Shown in pieces: positions 43,937 to 53,771 of a stretch of DNA of 64,000 nucleotides. How positions within the stretch are numbered: the stretch's first letter is position 1; every line of letters starts with the position of its first letter. The DNA is taken from contig CABMGN010000008.1 in NCBI GenBank assembly GCA_902385635.1, positions 130,894 through 194,893 on the forward strand, in the 5' to 3' direction. This stretch comes from an uncultured archaeon. GTDB taxonomy: Archaea; Nanobdellota; Nanobdellia; Pacearchaeales; GW2011-AR1. The notes below the pieces were generated by a model. The model made no database searches and was not told the origin of the DNA. It saw only the letters and a list, made by a program, of their open reading frames with translations. Both the position numbers and the translations under genes were made by a program.

Positions 43937-44751
43937 ATAAACTCGGCCAAAGCTTTTGCAGAAAGCTTAACTGTCTTATGTTCTGTGTCTTTTTTCTCGT
44001 TTACTTCCACTATATCAACACCCTTAAGATTTTTCATTTTACTAATCCTGCTAAGAATGTACAAAAATTCTCTAGAGGTTAGTCCTCCAGGTTCTAAATA
44101 CCCTGTAGCTGGAGCAAAAACAGGATCAACAACATCTATATCAAGACTAAGGTATAACTCTTTTTTATCTGCAAACTCCATGATTAACTCACAAGTTTCC
44201 TCGAGATTCTCTTGGAGTTGATTCATAGTTATAACCCGAATTTTTTTTTCTTTAATTACCCTTAATTCTTCCTTGTCCGAATTTCTAATCCCAACTAAAA
44301 GAATATTTGGGGGGGAAATAAGTTTTTTATCAAGTAAACCCCTAAGCCACTCTTCATGTGTCGGAAAATCCTCGGCATTCTTTACCGGAGGCATTAAATC
44401 TGGATGAGCATCAAAAACAATCAAACAAGGCTCTTTTTTTATTGACTTACAATAAGAAACAAAGCCTTTTACAAGGTTATAAGAAATAGAGTGATCACCC
44501 CCAAGAAAAATAACCTTCTCCTGGTTTTGAAAAGCTTCTAGACTATTTCTATAAACTAACTCACTAGTAATCTCTAGATTAGAATTATCGAGATGTATCT
44601 CTTCCAGATCAAGTTTGCTAAATTCTATCTCTTTCTGGGCACTATTGCTAAAAATTTCATCTTTAAGACAAGATAAGATAACATTACCAGCTCTTTCACA
44701 TCCGCTTGTTTTTCCTAAACCGTTTATTCCAGGAACTTTAATTATTTGCAT
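43933..44751 (-). CDS. speB: Agmatinase/arginase-family ureohydrolase
   Basis: 272 aa. FLGGDHSISY, VFDAHPDLM and SLDIDVVDPVFAPATG are the Mn-binding motifs of the family. Confidence 0.8.
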   Translation of the reverse strand: MQIIKVPGINGLGKTSGCERAGNVILSCLKDEIFSNSAQKEIEFSKLDLEEIHLDNSNLEITSELVYRNSLEAFQNQEKVIFLGGDHSISYNLVKGFVSYCKSIKKEPCLIVFDAHPDLMPPVKNAEDFPTHEEWLRGLLDKKLISPPNILLVGIRNSDKEELRVIKEKKIRVITMNQLQENLEETCELIMEFADKKELYLSLDIDVVDPVFAPATGYLEPGGLTSREFLYILSRISKMKNLKGVDIVEVNEKKDTEHKTVKLSAKALAEFI

Positions 44752-44781
44752 AATTTAAATAGAAAAAAAGTATTTTTAAAG

Positions 44782-45459
44782 CTAATAGTTGACTCGCCCC
44801 AAATGAATAGTAGCGTTCTTTAGAGCAGGTAACTTATTTTTATATATTGAAAAAATAACGAAGTTTCTTCCAAGAGATGAGGTATAGACGGGGGGAGTTA
44901 TATCGCTCCGAAGAGTATAAGAAGGAATAGCTGAAGGATTATAAGTAGAAACAGGTAATTCTATAAAAACGATCTTAAACATTTCCTGGTTGATAAAAGA
45001 ATTCTTCAATCCAACTTTCTTTCCATTAATATTCATACTAACAAGGTTATTGGAGATAGCGTCCATAGAGAGATCTATACCCTCATAGGTTAATTTCTCA
45101 GACTCGTAAAGTTTACAAACATTTGCGATACATCTAGATACATTCAAATCTAAAACCTTAGCTACTTGCGTATTTATTTTAAGTGGAACATTCTGGGCCG
45201 GGGTTTTACAAGTGTTTAAGCAAAGATTATAGTTTTTAGAAGTACAGATTTTTTTAGAGAATCCCTCTAAAGAGGAAGGACAAGCGTTAAGTGTGCAGGT
45301 TTTAACACAATCCCCCAGTATATCTGCCTTATCAACAACGGCATTTCCACTAATCTTCCCCCAAGCACCAGTTAGCCACGAAGCAGAAACCATAGAAAAT
45401 GAAAGTAAAACTACTAAAATAAGAATAGAAGATAAAACCACCTTTTTCATACTAACCAA
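44782..45459 (-). CDS. Secreted Cys-rich protein
   Basis: 225 aa. A signal anchor followed by SWLTGAWGKISGNAVV (the same xTG/SGNAV motif as other surface proteins here), then 11 Cys in the next ~100 aa. Confidence 0.45.
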   Translation of the reverse strand: MVSMKKVVLSSILILVVLLSFSMVSASWLTGAWGKISGNAVVDKADILGDCVKTCTLNACPSSLEGFSKKICTSKNYNLCLNTCKTPAQNVPLKINTQVAKVLDLNVSRCIANVCKLYESEKLTYEGIDLSMDAISNNLVSMNINGKKVGLKNSFINQEMFKIVFIELPVSTYNPSAIPSYTLRSDITPPVYTSSLGRNFVIFSIYKNKLPALKNATIHLGRVNY

Positions 45460-45486
45460 AGGAGAAGACTATTTATAAATTTTTAT

Positions 45487-46698
45487 CTATTTAGGGACAA
45501 GAGCTAGAAAACTGTATTTTTTCAAAGCCAAAGAGGCTATTTTTTTTATATCATTAAGCTTAACAGCCCGTATATTTTTTTCAAAATCGTAAAAATCTTT
45601 AGCATTACCATTTAACTCATATGTAAGAAGATTTGTCATTTGGCTCTGGGAGTCTTCCATTGAAATCTGATAAGTCCCAATAACCTGCTCCTTAACATGT
45701 TCCAAATCCTCAATAGAAAGCGTATTTGCAACTTTTTTTATTTCTTCAAGAATCAAACTCTTGACAACAGAAACATTCTCTTTAGTAGTTCCTACGTAGA
45801 TCATGTTGTATGCAAACTCCAAATTGATATTTGCTTGTCCAGAAACAACATAAGCTAAATTCCTCTTTTCCCGAATTTCATTAAAAAGTCTAGAAGACTG
45901 CCCTTCACAAAGCAAGGAATTAAGAAGATATGCCGCATAAGACAGTTTAGAATTAGCTAAAGGAACATGATAAGCTAAAACTAAGTTAGCCTGATCTATC
46001 CCTTTACGGTATTCAATCTTAGAATAATTCTTTTCTACAATTTTAATCTTTTTTACTTTTTTCTTTGATTTAGTAAAATGTTTTTCAGCAAATCTTACCA
46101 CTTTATCAAAAGAGGTATTTCCAACAACAAGAAAAATTAAGTTATCTGAGGTATAAGAATCATTAAATCTAGAAAGTATTTGCGACCTAGTTATAGAATT
46201 CATTGTTTTTTCTGTCCCAATAAGGTTTAGTCCTACTGGACTCTCATAAAGAAATTGATGGATCTTGTCTAGAACATAAACTCTTGGTGTATCTTTTCTC
46301 ATTTTCATTTCTTCAAAAATGATCTTTCTCTCTTTTTCGATCTCTTCCGGGTCAAAAAGAGGGTTCTGTATCATCTCTTCTAGTATGTTTAAGGCTAGAT
46401 CAAAATGTTTTGAAGGGATTTTACAATAGAAAGCAGTGACATTTTCAGAAGTGAAACCATTAAGATCTCCCCCATTACGTTCTATTTCACTTACAATTTC
46501 CATACGTGTTCTTTTCTTAGTACCCTTATACATCATATGCTCAATAAAATGAGATATTCCTTTTTCCTCTGCAGATTCAAATAGCCCGCCAGATTTAACA
46601 GCAAATGTGAAACTAACCACCGGAAGATCTCTTTTTTCTAGAATAACAGTCACACCATTTTTCAAAACCTTTCTATAAAACTTCACACTCTTTAACAT
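45487..46698 (-). CDS. M16-family (pitrilysin/insulinase-like) zinc peptidase
   Basis: 403 aa. The inverted zinc motif GISHFIEHMMYKGT (HxxEH) and the downstream E in NGGDLNGFTSENVT. Confidence 0.8.
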   Translation of the reverse strand: MLKSVKFYRKVLKNGVTVILEKRDLPVVSFTFAVKSGGLFESAEEKGISHFIEHMMYKGTKKRTRMEIVSEIERNGGDLNGFTSENVTAFYCKIPSKHFDLALNILEEMIQNPLFDPEEIEKERKIIFEEMKMRKDTPRVYVLDKIHQFLYESPVGLNLIGTEKTMNSITRSQILSRFNDSYTSDNLIFLVVGNTSFDKVVRFAEKHFTKSKKKVKKIKIVEKNYSKIEYRKGIDQANLVLAYHVPLANSKLSYAAYLLNSLLCEGQSSRLFNEIREKRNLAYVVSGQANINLEFAYNMIYVGTTKENVSVVKSLILEEIKKVANTLSIEDLEHVKEQVIGTYQISMEDSQSQMTNLLTYELNGNAKDFYDFEKNIRAVKLNDIKKIASLALKKYSFLALVPK

Positions 46699-46738
46699 AG
46701 GTTAAATAATTTTTCTTAGTATAAAAATCTGTGCAAAT

Positions 46739-49441
46739 TTATCTAGTTGGGAAAGCACTTCCACCAGAAGGCCTAGACTGCCAAGTTTGAGATGCTTTAG
46801 CGGCGTTCCTCTTTTTGACTATTCTTATTATAAGAATAGCTCCAACAATAATAAGAATGACCAATACTCCAATTAGAACCCAAATTAGAATAGCCCCAAG
46901 TTTAGAAGGTTCAGTAGTAGTAGTTGGCTCTGCAGGGGGTTCTTCATTAGTTGTAGTCATAATACAAAGGGTTTTATCATAAGTTTTACAGTTAGAAGAA
47001 CAACTTAACTCACCAGAATCAAAACCCTGAGTTTTACATGTTGCATCATTAAGAAGAGCGCCATCACAGACCTCGCCAGAGTCAATTTTTCCATTTCCAC
47101 AAGTATCAGTAGTAGACCCAACAATTAGAGACCAAGAACGACTTATCGAATTAAGTCCGTCAGAAACCCAGATTACAATGGTATACGCCCCAGAAGAAGA
47201 GGAGGAAAAATTAAAAGAAGAGCCATAACCAGTCTTTAGATTGGAAGAATTTCCAGACTTAGTAGCAGTCCAAGTTAGTTGCAAAGGATCCCCATCTAGA
47301 TCAGAAGCATTGATAGAGTAAAATTCTGGCTCATTCACATCTACATTGGTTATATTTTCTATAGGAGAGTAAGAGTTAATTGTGGGGTTATGATTACTAG
47401 CGCTTATAGTAAGATACAACACCCCTTGGAGGGGAGCATTAAAACCGTCACTTGCGTTTATGCTAAGATTCCTCTGCCCTATGAAATTTGAAGGAGAACC
47501 ACTTAAGTTAAGAGTATGGTTGTTTATTACCTGCAGAGTAATATTCTCTGCACCACTCCAATTGTAAAAAACATAACCCCCATCAGGATCATAAAAAAAG
47601 TTATTCAGATCTATAACCGTACTCTGGCCTAAAGCCCACTGAACAGTTGAATTTGCTTGGATTGGAGGAAAATTAAAGGGTTGGACCGTTACCTTAAGAG
47701 CTTTCATCTCAACAGAAGAACTTCCGTTAGAGGTTGCATTAAAAGTAATATTTGTAATACCATTCCAATAAGCAACTTTTGTAGTTAGATCTATAGAGGT
47801 TCTAGATAAAAAATTTACATTTAAATCAGGAGATACCGCAGAGTAAACGATACTACTTTTATCATTAATGAGCTTTCCACCGACTATAAGAGTAAAATAA
47901 TTATCAAAAGTAGGATAAACCGAAAAGGAAAGATTGCCATTTTCAACAAAAACCCTTTCACCAATCATACCGCCGTTATAAATGAGTGTAGCATTTGACT
48001 TAGCAATATAAAACGCTCTTTCGGTAGAATTTATTGTCGTTGAAGAAAGTTTACCAACACATTTCATTTGGTAAATTCCATCAGGGTAAATAACATTAGG
48101 GGTAACCTCTCCGCCTTGCCCATAAGTACCCCAAGAAGTATCCCCAAATCCAGATTTTTTACCAGAAGCAAAAGAATAAACTTTAACCGTAGAATTAGAA
48201 TAAGAGGGAGTACTATTTTTTGCAAGCATAACTAAAGCCCCATTAAGAGTAGTATAAACTTGCATTTCAACAAGGGGAGTTGAAGAATTTGTAGAACAAG
48301 CAAAGACTACATGTGAAGAGTTAAATACATAGTTTGAAGGTGGAAAAGAAACCCAAGCGCTATACCCACTATAACTTGGGGCAGAATTACACTTCCCATT
48401 AACACAACCATTTGAGCAAGGAGTGCTCTCGGGTAAAGCAACTCCCCCCGTAGGAGATTCACAACTATACTGCAAGACATTATTTCCGTTAGTAGAACAT
48501 TCGTCATAAACAACACAAGTCCCAGAAGGAGAATCGCAAGGAACCTGATAAGGCACAGAACCAAAACCCCACTTATAAGTGCTATAAGTTATATTCCCTT
48601 TTACAAGAGGGTCATCACTAGGATCAGTATCGCTGCAAAAACTAGTAGGTACAATAATAAAATCTCCTCCTTGTGCTACTTGAGCTTCCGCCCCACTTTT
48701 AGGAGTACAAGAACCCGCATGGGTTTGCGCTCCGGTAACACAAAGACCAGAACAATCATAAGTCTGATTTTTAACGACTGTTCCACTACAGTAATATTCT
48801 ATTAATTTATTCCCTGAAATGCAAGCATCTGTTTTAGAACCAGAAGAAACAGCATGGCCTGTAATTAAAGGAGTCTGTATCGTTCGTTGAACAACAACAC
48901 CTTGTTGAGTATTAATTTTGGTATTCAAATTAAGAGTATTCCCCTTAACATTTAAATTTGCTCCAACTTTTTTAGTAATTTGTTTAATTCCAAATAATCC
49001 CCCAATAAAATTTCTAATCTTATCTGCAGTAGTAAGGGGGACCGTTTCTTCTACATTTGGCCCGCCAACAACTAACTGATCTTTATCAACAACGAGAGTA
49101 TCGTCGACATTAGCGGTAAGCTGCCCAACTTCGCCAGGATTTAAGGTTTGGCCCCCAACATTAACGGTATTGGTTGCATCTTGTATATTTCCTACTTGAC
49201 CGACCGCAGTATTAACTGCAGGGCCAGAGCTATAACCAAATGTTGTTGTCCCGCCGTGAGTTGGATCATTTCCACCATCAGTTTCAGTACATGTGGCAGC
49301 GATCATTACTGCATTACCCGTAATACTATGCCCAGTCATTCCAGAATATAAATCAGAAAATATTCCCGCAGATAAGAGAGAAAAAGTTAAAACTAAAACC
49401 AAAGAAAATCCAATTAAAAGTGAAACCTCTTTTCTAACCAT
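46739..49441 (-). CDS. Giant surface protein with N-terminal leader, Cys-rich modules, Ig/cadherin-like repeats and a C-terminal TM anchor
   Basis: 900 aa from MVRKEVSLLIGF. It has the leader SAGIFSDLYSGMTGHSITGNAV, CTETDGGNDP and FCSDTDPSDDP modules, repeated beta-rich regions (DPDGG, SDLDGDPL), a T/P/E-rich stalk, the TM LGAILIWVLIGVLVILIIVGAILII, and a basic tail. The start is supported by TTTATAAA at 49464..49471. Confidence 0.6.
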   Translation of the reverse strand: MVRKEVSLLIGFSLVLVLTFSLLSAGIFSDLYSGMTGHSITGNAVMIAATCTETDGGNDPTHGGTTTFGYSSGPAVNTAVGQVGNIQDATNTVNVGGQTLNPGEVGQLTANVDDTLVVDKDQLVVGGPNVEETVPLTTADKIRNFIGGLFGIKQITKKVGANLNVKGNTLNLNTKINTQQGVVVQRTIQTPLITGHAVSSGSKTDACISGNKLIEYYCSGTVVKNQTYDCSGLCVTGAQTHAGSCTPKSGAEAQVAQGGDFIIVPTSFCSDTDPSDDPLVKGNITYSTYKWGFGSVPYQVPCDSPSGTCVVYDECSTNGNNVLQYSCESPTGGVALPESTPCSNGCVNGKCNSAPSYSGYSAWVSFPPSNYVFNSSHVVFACSTNSSTPLVEMQVYTTLNGALVMLAKNSTPSYSNSTVKVYSFASGKKSGFGDTSWGTYGQGGEVTPNVIYPDGIYQMKCVGKLSSTTINSTERAFYIAKSNATLIYNGGMIGERVFVENGNLSFSVYPTFDNYFTLIVGGKLINDKSSIVYSAVSPDLNVNFLSRTSIDLTTKVAYWNGITNITFNATSNGSSSVEMKALKVTVQPFNFPPIQANSTVQWALGQSTVIDLNNFFYDPDGGYVFYNWSGAENITLQVINNHTLNLSGSPSNFIGQRNLSINASDGFNAPLQGVLYLTISASNHNPTINSYSPIENITNVDVNEPEFYSINASDLDGDPLQLTWTATKSGNSSNLKTGYGSSFNFSSSSSGAYTIVIWVSDGLNSISRSWSLIVGSTTDTCGNGKIDSGEVCDGALLNDATCKTQGFDSGELSCSSNCKTYDKTLCIMTTTNEEPPAEPTTTTEPSKLGAILIWVLIGVLVILIIVGAILIIRIVKKRNAAKASQTWQSRPSGGSAFPTR

Positions 49442-49463
49442 TAGATAATAATAGCTAAAACCA

Positions 49464-49471
49464 TTTATAAA
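49464..49471 (-). promoter_or_regulatory. TATA-box-like element for the giant surface-protein gene
   Basis: TTTATAAA lies 23-30 nt upstream of the ATG at 49441, directly after the stop of the upstream methyltransferase gene. Confidence 0.5.
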
Positions 49472-49472
49472 T

Positions 49473-50264
49473 TTACTTATATTTGTTTTCAATTATAAGG
49501 TATCTCTCTCCACCAAGCTCAAAATCATCCACGAGATTAAAATTTTCATTAATGAAATCTAAAATCCATTTTCGGCTAACAAAAAACTTCTTTCTAGAAA
49601 CAAGACTTCGTGTTGCAAAACTTAAAACAAGACGAGTACAAAAAGGAACAATCTCTTTCAAAAGCTTCTTAGAATAATCTCTGTCGAGCATTTCTAGAGA
49701 GTCTATCACCTTAAAAAGAAAAATAATTCTTGGTTTCTTTTGTTTTTGAATCAGGTTGGAAAGCTCGGAAAGATCAAACAAACTCATCTTAATTGCAGAA
49801 GCTGAATTAATTTTCTTAATACTAAAATAAGAATTCATCAGAGCATCTAACTGCCCAACACCCTCAACTGCAAGGTACTTTATTTTCTTCTCTTTAGGGA
49901 AAAAGTTAAAAGATAGCCCATTAATTCCTGCACCCAAATCTATTATAGAAATCTCTTTTTCATTAATTCCTTGAAAAATTTTAGTGTAAACCTCTTCATA
50001 AAAGGGAAATCTTTCTTTTGTAGAAAGATGTTTCTTAAGAATCCATTCTTCATCTCTTTTATTTAAGTGATTTAAAGAGAAAGTTTTATTGCTAGCAAAA
50101 ACAGAAAAAGTTTTTCTAAGTAAATCCCGAGTTAATTTAATTTTTTCCTCGTCACTTGTTTGTCTCCTTTCAAACTTAGAAAAAGCTAGTTCTACATCCT
50201 TTTCAGGAAGTTGTGAAAATTCAGACTTTTGGGTAATTTTAGATATTATTTCAGATTTATCCAT
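49473..50264 (-). CDS. FmrO/Rmt-ArmA-like SAM-dependent 16S rRNA (m7G1405-type) methyltransferase homologue
   Basis: 263 aa. An N-terminal helical domain, then HLSTKERFPFYEEVYTKIF, IIDLGAGINGLSF (SAM motif I), LFKVIDSLEMLDRDYSKKLL and RLVLSFATRSLVSRKK. These are collinear with my recollection of the Rmt/ArmA family. Confidence 0.55.
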   Translation of the reverse strand: MDKSEIISKITQKSEFSQLPEKDVELAFSKFERRQTSDEEKIKLTRDLLRKTFSVFASNKTFSLNHLNKRDEEWILKKHLSTKERFPFYEEVYTKIFQGINEKEISIIDLGAGINGLSFNFFPKEKKIKYLAVEGVGQLDALMNSYFSIKKINSASAIKMSLFDLSELSNLIQKQKKPRIIFLFKVIDSLEMLDRDYSKKLLKEIVPFCTRLVLSFATRSLVSRKKFFVSRKWILDFINENFNLVDDFELGGERYLIIENKYK

Positions 50265-50265
50265 C

Positions 50266-50634
50266 TTACTCCGAAGCGTGATTCATTTTTACATCTCTAA
50301 AACCAAGGCCCGTTTCTTCAACAACTTGATTTTTTACAGAGATTCTTTTTTTGTTCAACTCACGAATAGCTATAGCCCTTCTTCCAACTTCTTCCAAACC
50401 TAACTCATTTTCTTTACCACGCCTAACATCAGATTCTAAATCCCAGATCTTTCCATTTATTTCATGTAAGGTTTTAATCCAGGCAGGATCTATTTTAACA
50501 CCCTTAGATTCAAATTCTTCCAAAGCTTTTTCATACTCAGACATTTCTAATTTTAAATGAGGCTCGCCGATTCTTTCAATTTTCAATTTAAGGATACTCA
50601 TTCTATCAAGAATCTCGGGTAAAGGCATTTCCAT
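50266..50634 (-). CDS. Helical hypothetical protein (DUF4254-like pattern)
   Basis: 122 aa. LHEINGKIWDLESDVRRGKENELGLEEVGRRAIAIRELNKKRISVKNQV resembles the H-x-N-x-x-W-x-x-E-D-x-R helix pattern. The family call is weak. Confidence 0.35.
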   Translation of the reverse strand: MEMPLPEILDRMSILKLKIERIGEPHLKLEMSEYEKALEEFESKGVKIDPAWIKTLHEINGKIWDLESDVRRGKENELGLEEVGRRAIAIRELNKKRISVKNQVVEETGLGFRDVKMNHASE

Positions 50635-50675
50635 GAAATAACAAAAGTTATAAGTGTTTTAAACTTAATTGTATT

Positions 50676-51575
50676 ATGTGTCCAGTTAATGTTTCACCAG
50701 AATACGCCCATGCCGAAAAAGAGCACTTAGAAGCAAAAACAGTAGAAGATAAAATAAAGACCCTTGAAAGACTAATTTCTGTAGCACCATCACATAAAGG
50801 AGCTGAGAATCTTCGGGCACAGTTAAAAACAAGGTATAAAACACTTATTGAAAAATTAGAAAAAAAGAAGAAAGCCGCAAAAGCCTCCAGCAAACCTGGA
50901 ATAAAAAAAGAAGATATGCAAGCAATCCTAGTTGGTTTTGAAAATTCTGGAAAGTCAACACTTCTTTCAACTATAACAAGTACACAAATTAGTTACATAA
51001 AAAATCAGCCTGTAATAAGAATGATGTCTTACCTAGACTCTCAAATACAAATCATAGAAAACCCTTCAATAGATTCCGAAAGTTACGACAAGGGGTTAAC
51101 GAATGGGGCAGATACAGTATTAATTACTGTAGAAAAAGTAGAAGATATCGAGAAAATTTTTTCTAAAATAGTTATGGCTGAAGGCGAAAGAATAGTTATC
51201 TTAACAAAAACAGATTTGCTTACTGAAGAAGAGAAGAGAAAAGTATCCTCTAAACTACAAAGCAAAAAATACAACTTTATTTTAGTTTCTTCTTATACCG
51301 GAGAGGGAATTCGGGACCTCAAAAAAAAATTATTTGAAACATTTAAGATAATAAGGATTTACACCAAAGAACCGGGAAAAGAAAAGTCACAAAAGCCGAT
51401 TATCATGAAGCCCGGGTCTACTGTAAAAGATGTTGCAGAAAAAATAGCAAAAGGTTTTTCTAGTAAGGTAGTTGAAACAAAAATTTGGGGCCCTAGTAGC
51501 AAATTTGGGGGACAAAAAGTCGGGCTAAAACATAAACTTCTGAACCTAGATATTGTAGAATTTAAGACTAAATAG
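50676..51575 (+). CDS. DRG/Obg-like GTP-binding protein with C-terminal TGS domain
   Basis: 299 aa. An archaeal DRG-type N-terminus (VNVSPEYAHAEKEHLEAKTVEDKIKTLERLISVAPSHKGAENLRAQLK), the P-loop GFENSGKSTL, TKTD (G4) and a TGS-like C-terminus (IRIYTKEPGKE...IVEF). Confidence 0.7.
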   Translation: MCPVNVSPEYAHAEKEHLEAKTVEDKIKTLERLISVAPSHKGAENLRAQLKTRYKTLIEKLEKKKKAAKASSKPGIKKEDMQAILVGFENSGKSTLLSTITSTQISYIKNQPVIRMMSYLDSQIQIIENPSIDSESYDKGLTNGADTVLITVEKVEDIEKIFSKIVMAEGERIVILTKTDLLTEEEKRKVSSKLQSKKYNFILVSSYTGEGIRDLKKKLFETFKIIRIYTKEPGKEKSQKPIIMKPGSTVKDVAEKIAKGFSSKVVETKIWGPSSKFGGQKVGLKHKLLNLDIVEFKTK

Positions 51576-52634
51576 TTAAAAAAATCTTTTTATCTTCTCA
51601 AAGATTAATTCCAAAACTTTTATTGCAGAAGATCTTCTTCTCCAATCACTAAAAGAGAATGGCTGTGAGTGGGTAAGAGTTTCTTCAAAGTGATCTTTAA
51701 GGGCAAGAGAAATGTCTTTATTACGGCCAAGAAGATTTATTTCGAAATTATGAATAAGGCTTCTATAATCTAAATTGCTAGATCCAAGAATAAAAAAAGA
51801 ACCATCCACTATGAGAAGTTTAGAGTGAAGCATACCGGGTTTGTAATAGTAGATCTGAGCACCAACATTATTCAAAAAGCCGAGATACCTATTTCTAAGA
51901 ACATCTACAATTCTCCAATTAGATCTATACGGGAGAATAATTTTAATCTTAACTTTTCTTTTCACAGCATTCAAAAAAGCCCTTCTTATCCTAAAAGAAG
52001 GAATAAAATAAGGGGTCTCTATCAAAATTTCTTTCTTAGCTTTCTTGATAAGATGGACATACTTCTCCTCAGTATATCTTTTCAGGTCGGAGGGGATATC
52101 CTGAATTATCTCAAACTCTTCGTGAATAAACCTGAAAACTTTTTTAAGAGTAATCTGACCGTAGTTTCTCCACGTACTATTAAACGCTCTGACAAAATCA
52201 AAAGTTATATCTCCCTCAAGTCTTAAAACAAGTTCCCGCCAGTCAATAAAATCTTTAGTAATATTTATAGAACCGATATAGGATATTTTATTATCTATTA
52301 AAAGTAATTTCCTATGATCTCGTTCATGATTTTTGCTCACAATTCTCCAAGTATACTGAATTTCTCTAAAAAATCTGACTTCCCCCCCTACTTTAGTAAG
52401 TTCTCTAAAAAATCTTTCATCAACCCACGAGCCATAAGAGTCCAAGAGTATTTTTATCTTAACACCTTCTCTAGCTTTTTTCGTCAGAGCTTCTCTAAAT
52501 TCTCGGCCAACTTCATCATTTCGATATATATAATTCTCCAAGAAAATAAATTTCTTAGCCCCTCGAATATCTTCTAGCATCCGTCGGTAAATCTTAATAG
52601 GGTTTGAGAGAACCTCAAAGTTTTTAGCCACCAT
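51576..52634 (-). CDS. Phospholipase D-family enzyme (cardiolipin-synthase-like, two HKD motifs)
   Basis: 352 aa. HKD1 is DHRKLLLIDNKISYIGSINI and HKD2 is LHSKLLIVDGSFFILGSSNLD. There are no N-terminal TM helices. Confidence 0.75.
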   Translation of the reverse strand: MVAKNFEVLSNPIKIYRRMLEDIRGAKKFIFLENYIYRNDEVGREFREALTKKAREGVKIKILLDSYGSWVDERFFRELTKVGGEVRFFREIQYTWRIVSKNHERDHRKLLLIDNKISYIGSINITKDFIDWRELVLRLEGDITFDFVRAFNSTWRNYGQITLKKVFRFIHEEFEIIQDIPSDLKRYTEEKYVHLIKKAKKEILIETPYFIPSFRIRRAFLNAVKRKVKIKIILPYRSNWRIVDVLRNRYLGFLNNVGAQIYYYKPGMLHSKLLIVDGSFFILGSSNLDYRSLIHNFEINLLGRNKDISLALKDHFEETLTHSQPFSFSDWRRRSSAIKVLELIFEKIKRFF

Positions 52635-52671
52635 AGATAAAGCAATAGAAAAGGATATTAAAATTTATCAC

Positions 52672-53733
52672 TTAGTTATTTTTAGGATAAGCTTCATCAA
52701 TTAATTTTCTCTGTTTTTCTAACTTAGAACGAAGGGGGGATATAAATAAAATTATTTCTTCCGCAATACCCTGCTTTAGATCAATCGAAGATAACTTCTT
52801 ACTAGAAAAGGCTTTTTCAACTTCAAGGTAACTCTTAAATTCTATTTTTCCCCCGTATTTATCCGGGCGATTAATCACAAAGGGCCTATTCTTTTTTTCT
52901 AATTCTCTAAAAAGGATATATTTAAGGATTGCAAGTAAACCATTTCCTTCAACGATTCCATCAACACAGTAAGCTTTGTTTATTTTCTGTCTAATCACCT
53001 GATCTGAGTCCTCGAAATCTATTTTAGAATTTGGCTCAGAAGAGCTCATTTTTCCAGATTCGCTTAAACCCGGAATTAGTGGATTCATAAGATGAATCCT
53101 TTTCTCATAACCAACTGCAGGTAAAAATTCTCTCGCAAACATAAAAATCTTTCTCTGATCAACCCCCCCAAATTGAGCATCAACTTTAAGGTATACTTCA
53201 TCAAGTGCTTGGAGTATAGGATACAAAAGTCCGCTCATCTTAGGGTTTTCAAGTTGTTTAACAACTTCCGCCCCTGCTTTTTGTGTATCTTTTGTGGTAG
53301 CCAAGGCAGACATTTTGTAAACATCTAAAGTATACTTTTCAGAAAGCTGGAAATCTGTACCTTTCACAAATTTAAGCTTAGTTAAAGGAACCCCTGCAGA
53401 AGAAAGCATTTCTTTGATGAGAAATTCGTAATATTTTGTCCTCTTGTCTAATAAGTCCCAGGAAGTTTTCATATTATCAAGATATGCGTGAATGTTGGCA
53501 AAAAGAATGGTAACATCACAACCTGCTTCTAAAAAATCAGCAATCTTATACATCGGAACAAAATATCCCAGGTGGGGTTTTCCAGTTGGGGCAGTACCCC
53601 AGTATATAGAAAAACTTTTTTGTGACTTCAATTTTTTGTTTAAATCTTCTAAACCAACAACCTCTTGAAGATTCTTTGTTATAAGACTAGATTTTTCTTC
53701 AGTATTCAATTCTTTCTTTACAGGTTTACTCAT
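52672..53733 (-). CDS. tyrS: Tyrosyl-tRNA synthetase (archaeal/eukaryotic type)
   Basis: 353 aa. YWGTAPTGKPHLGY (HIGH-type motif), QFGGVDQRKI and KMSSS (KMSKS motif). Confidence 0.9.
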   Translation of the reverse strand: MSKPVKKELNTEEKSSLITKNLQEVVGLEDLNKKLKSQKSFSIYWGTAPTGKPHLGYFVPMYKIADFLEAGCDVTILFANIHAYLDNMKTSWDLLDKRTKYYEFLIKEMLSSAGVPLTKLKFVKGTDFQLSEKYTLDVYKMSALATTKDTQKAGAEVVKQLENPKMSGLLYPILQALDEVYLKVDAQFGGVDQRKIFMFAREFLPAVGYEKRIHLMNPLIPGLSESGKMSSSEPNSKIDFEDSDQVIRQKINKAYCVDGIVEGNGLLAILKYILFRELEKKNRPFVINRPDKYGGKIEFKSYLEVEKAFSSKKLSSIDLKQGIAEEIILFISPLRSKLEKQRKLIDEAYPKNN

Positions 53734-53771
53734 ATTCTAGCCAGCAGAAGGCAATATTAAAATGTTTTGAC

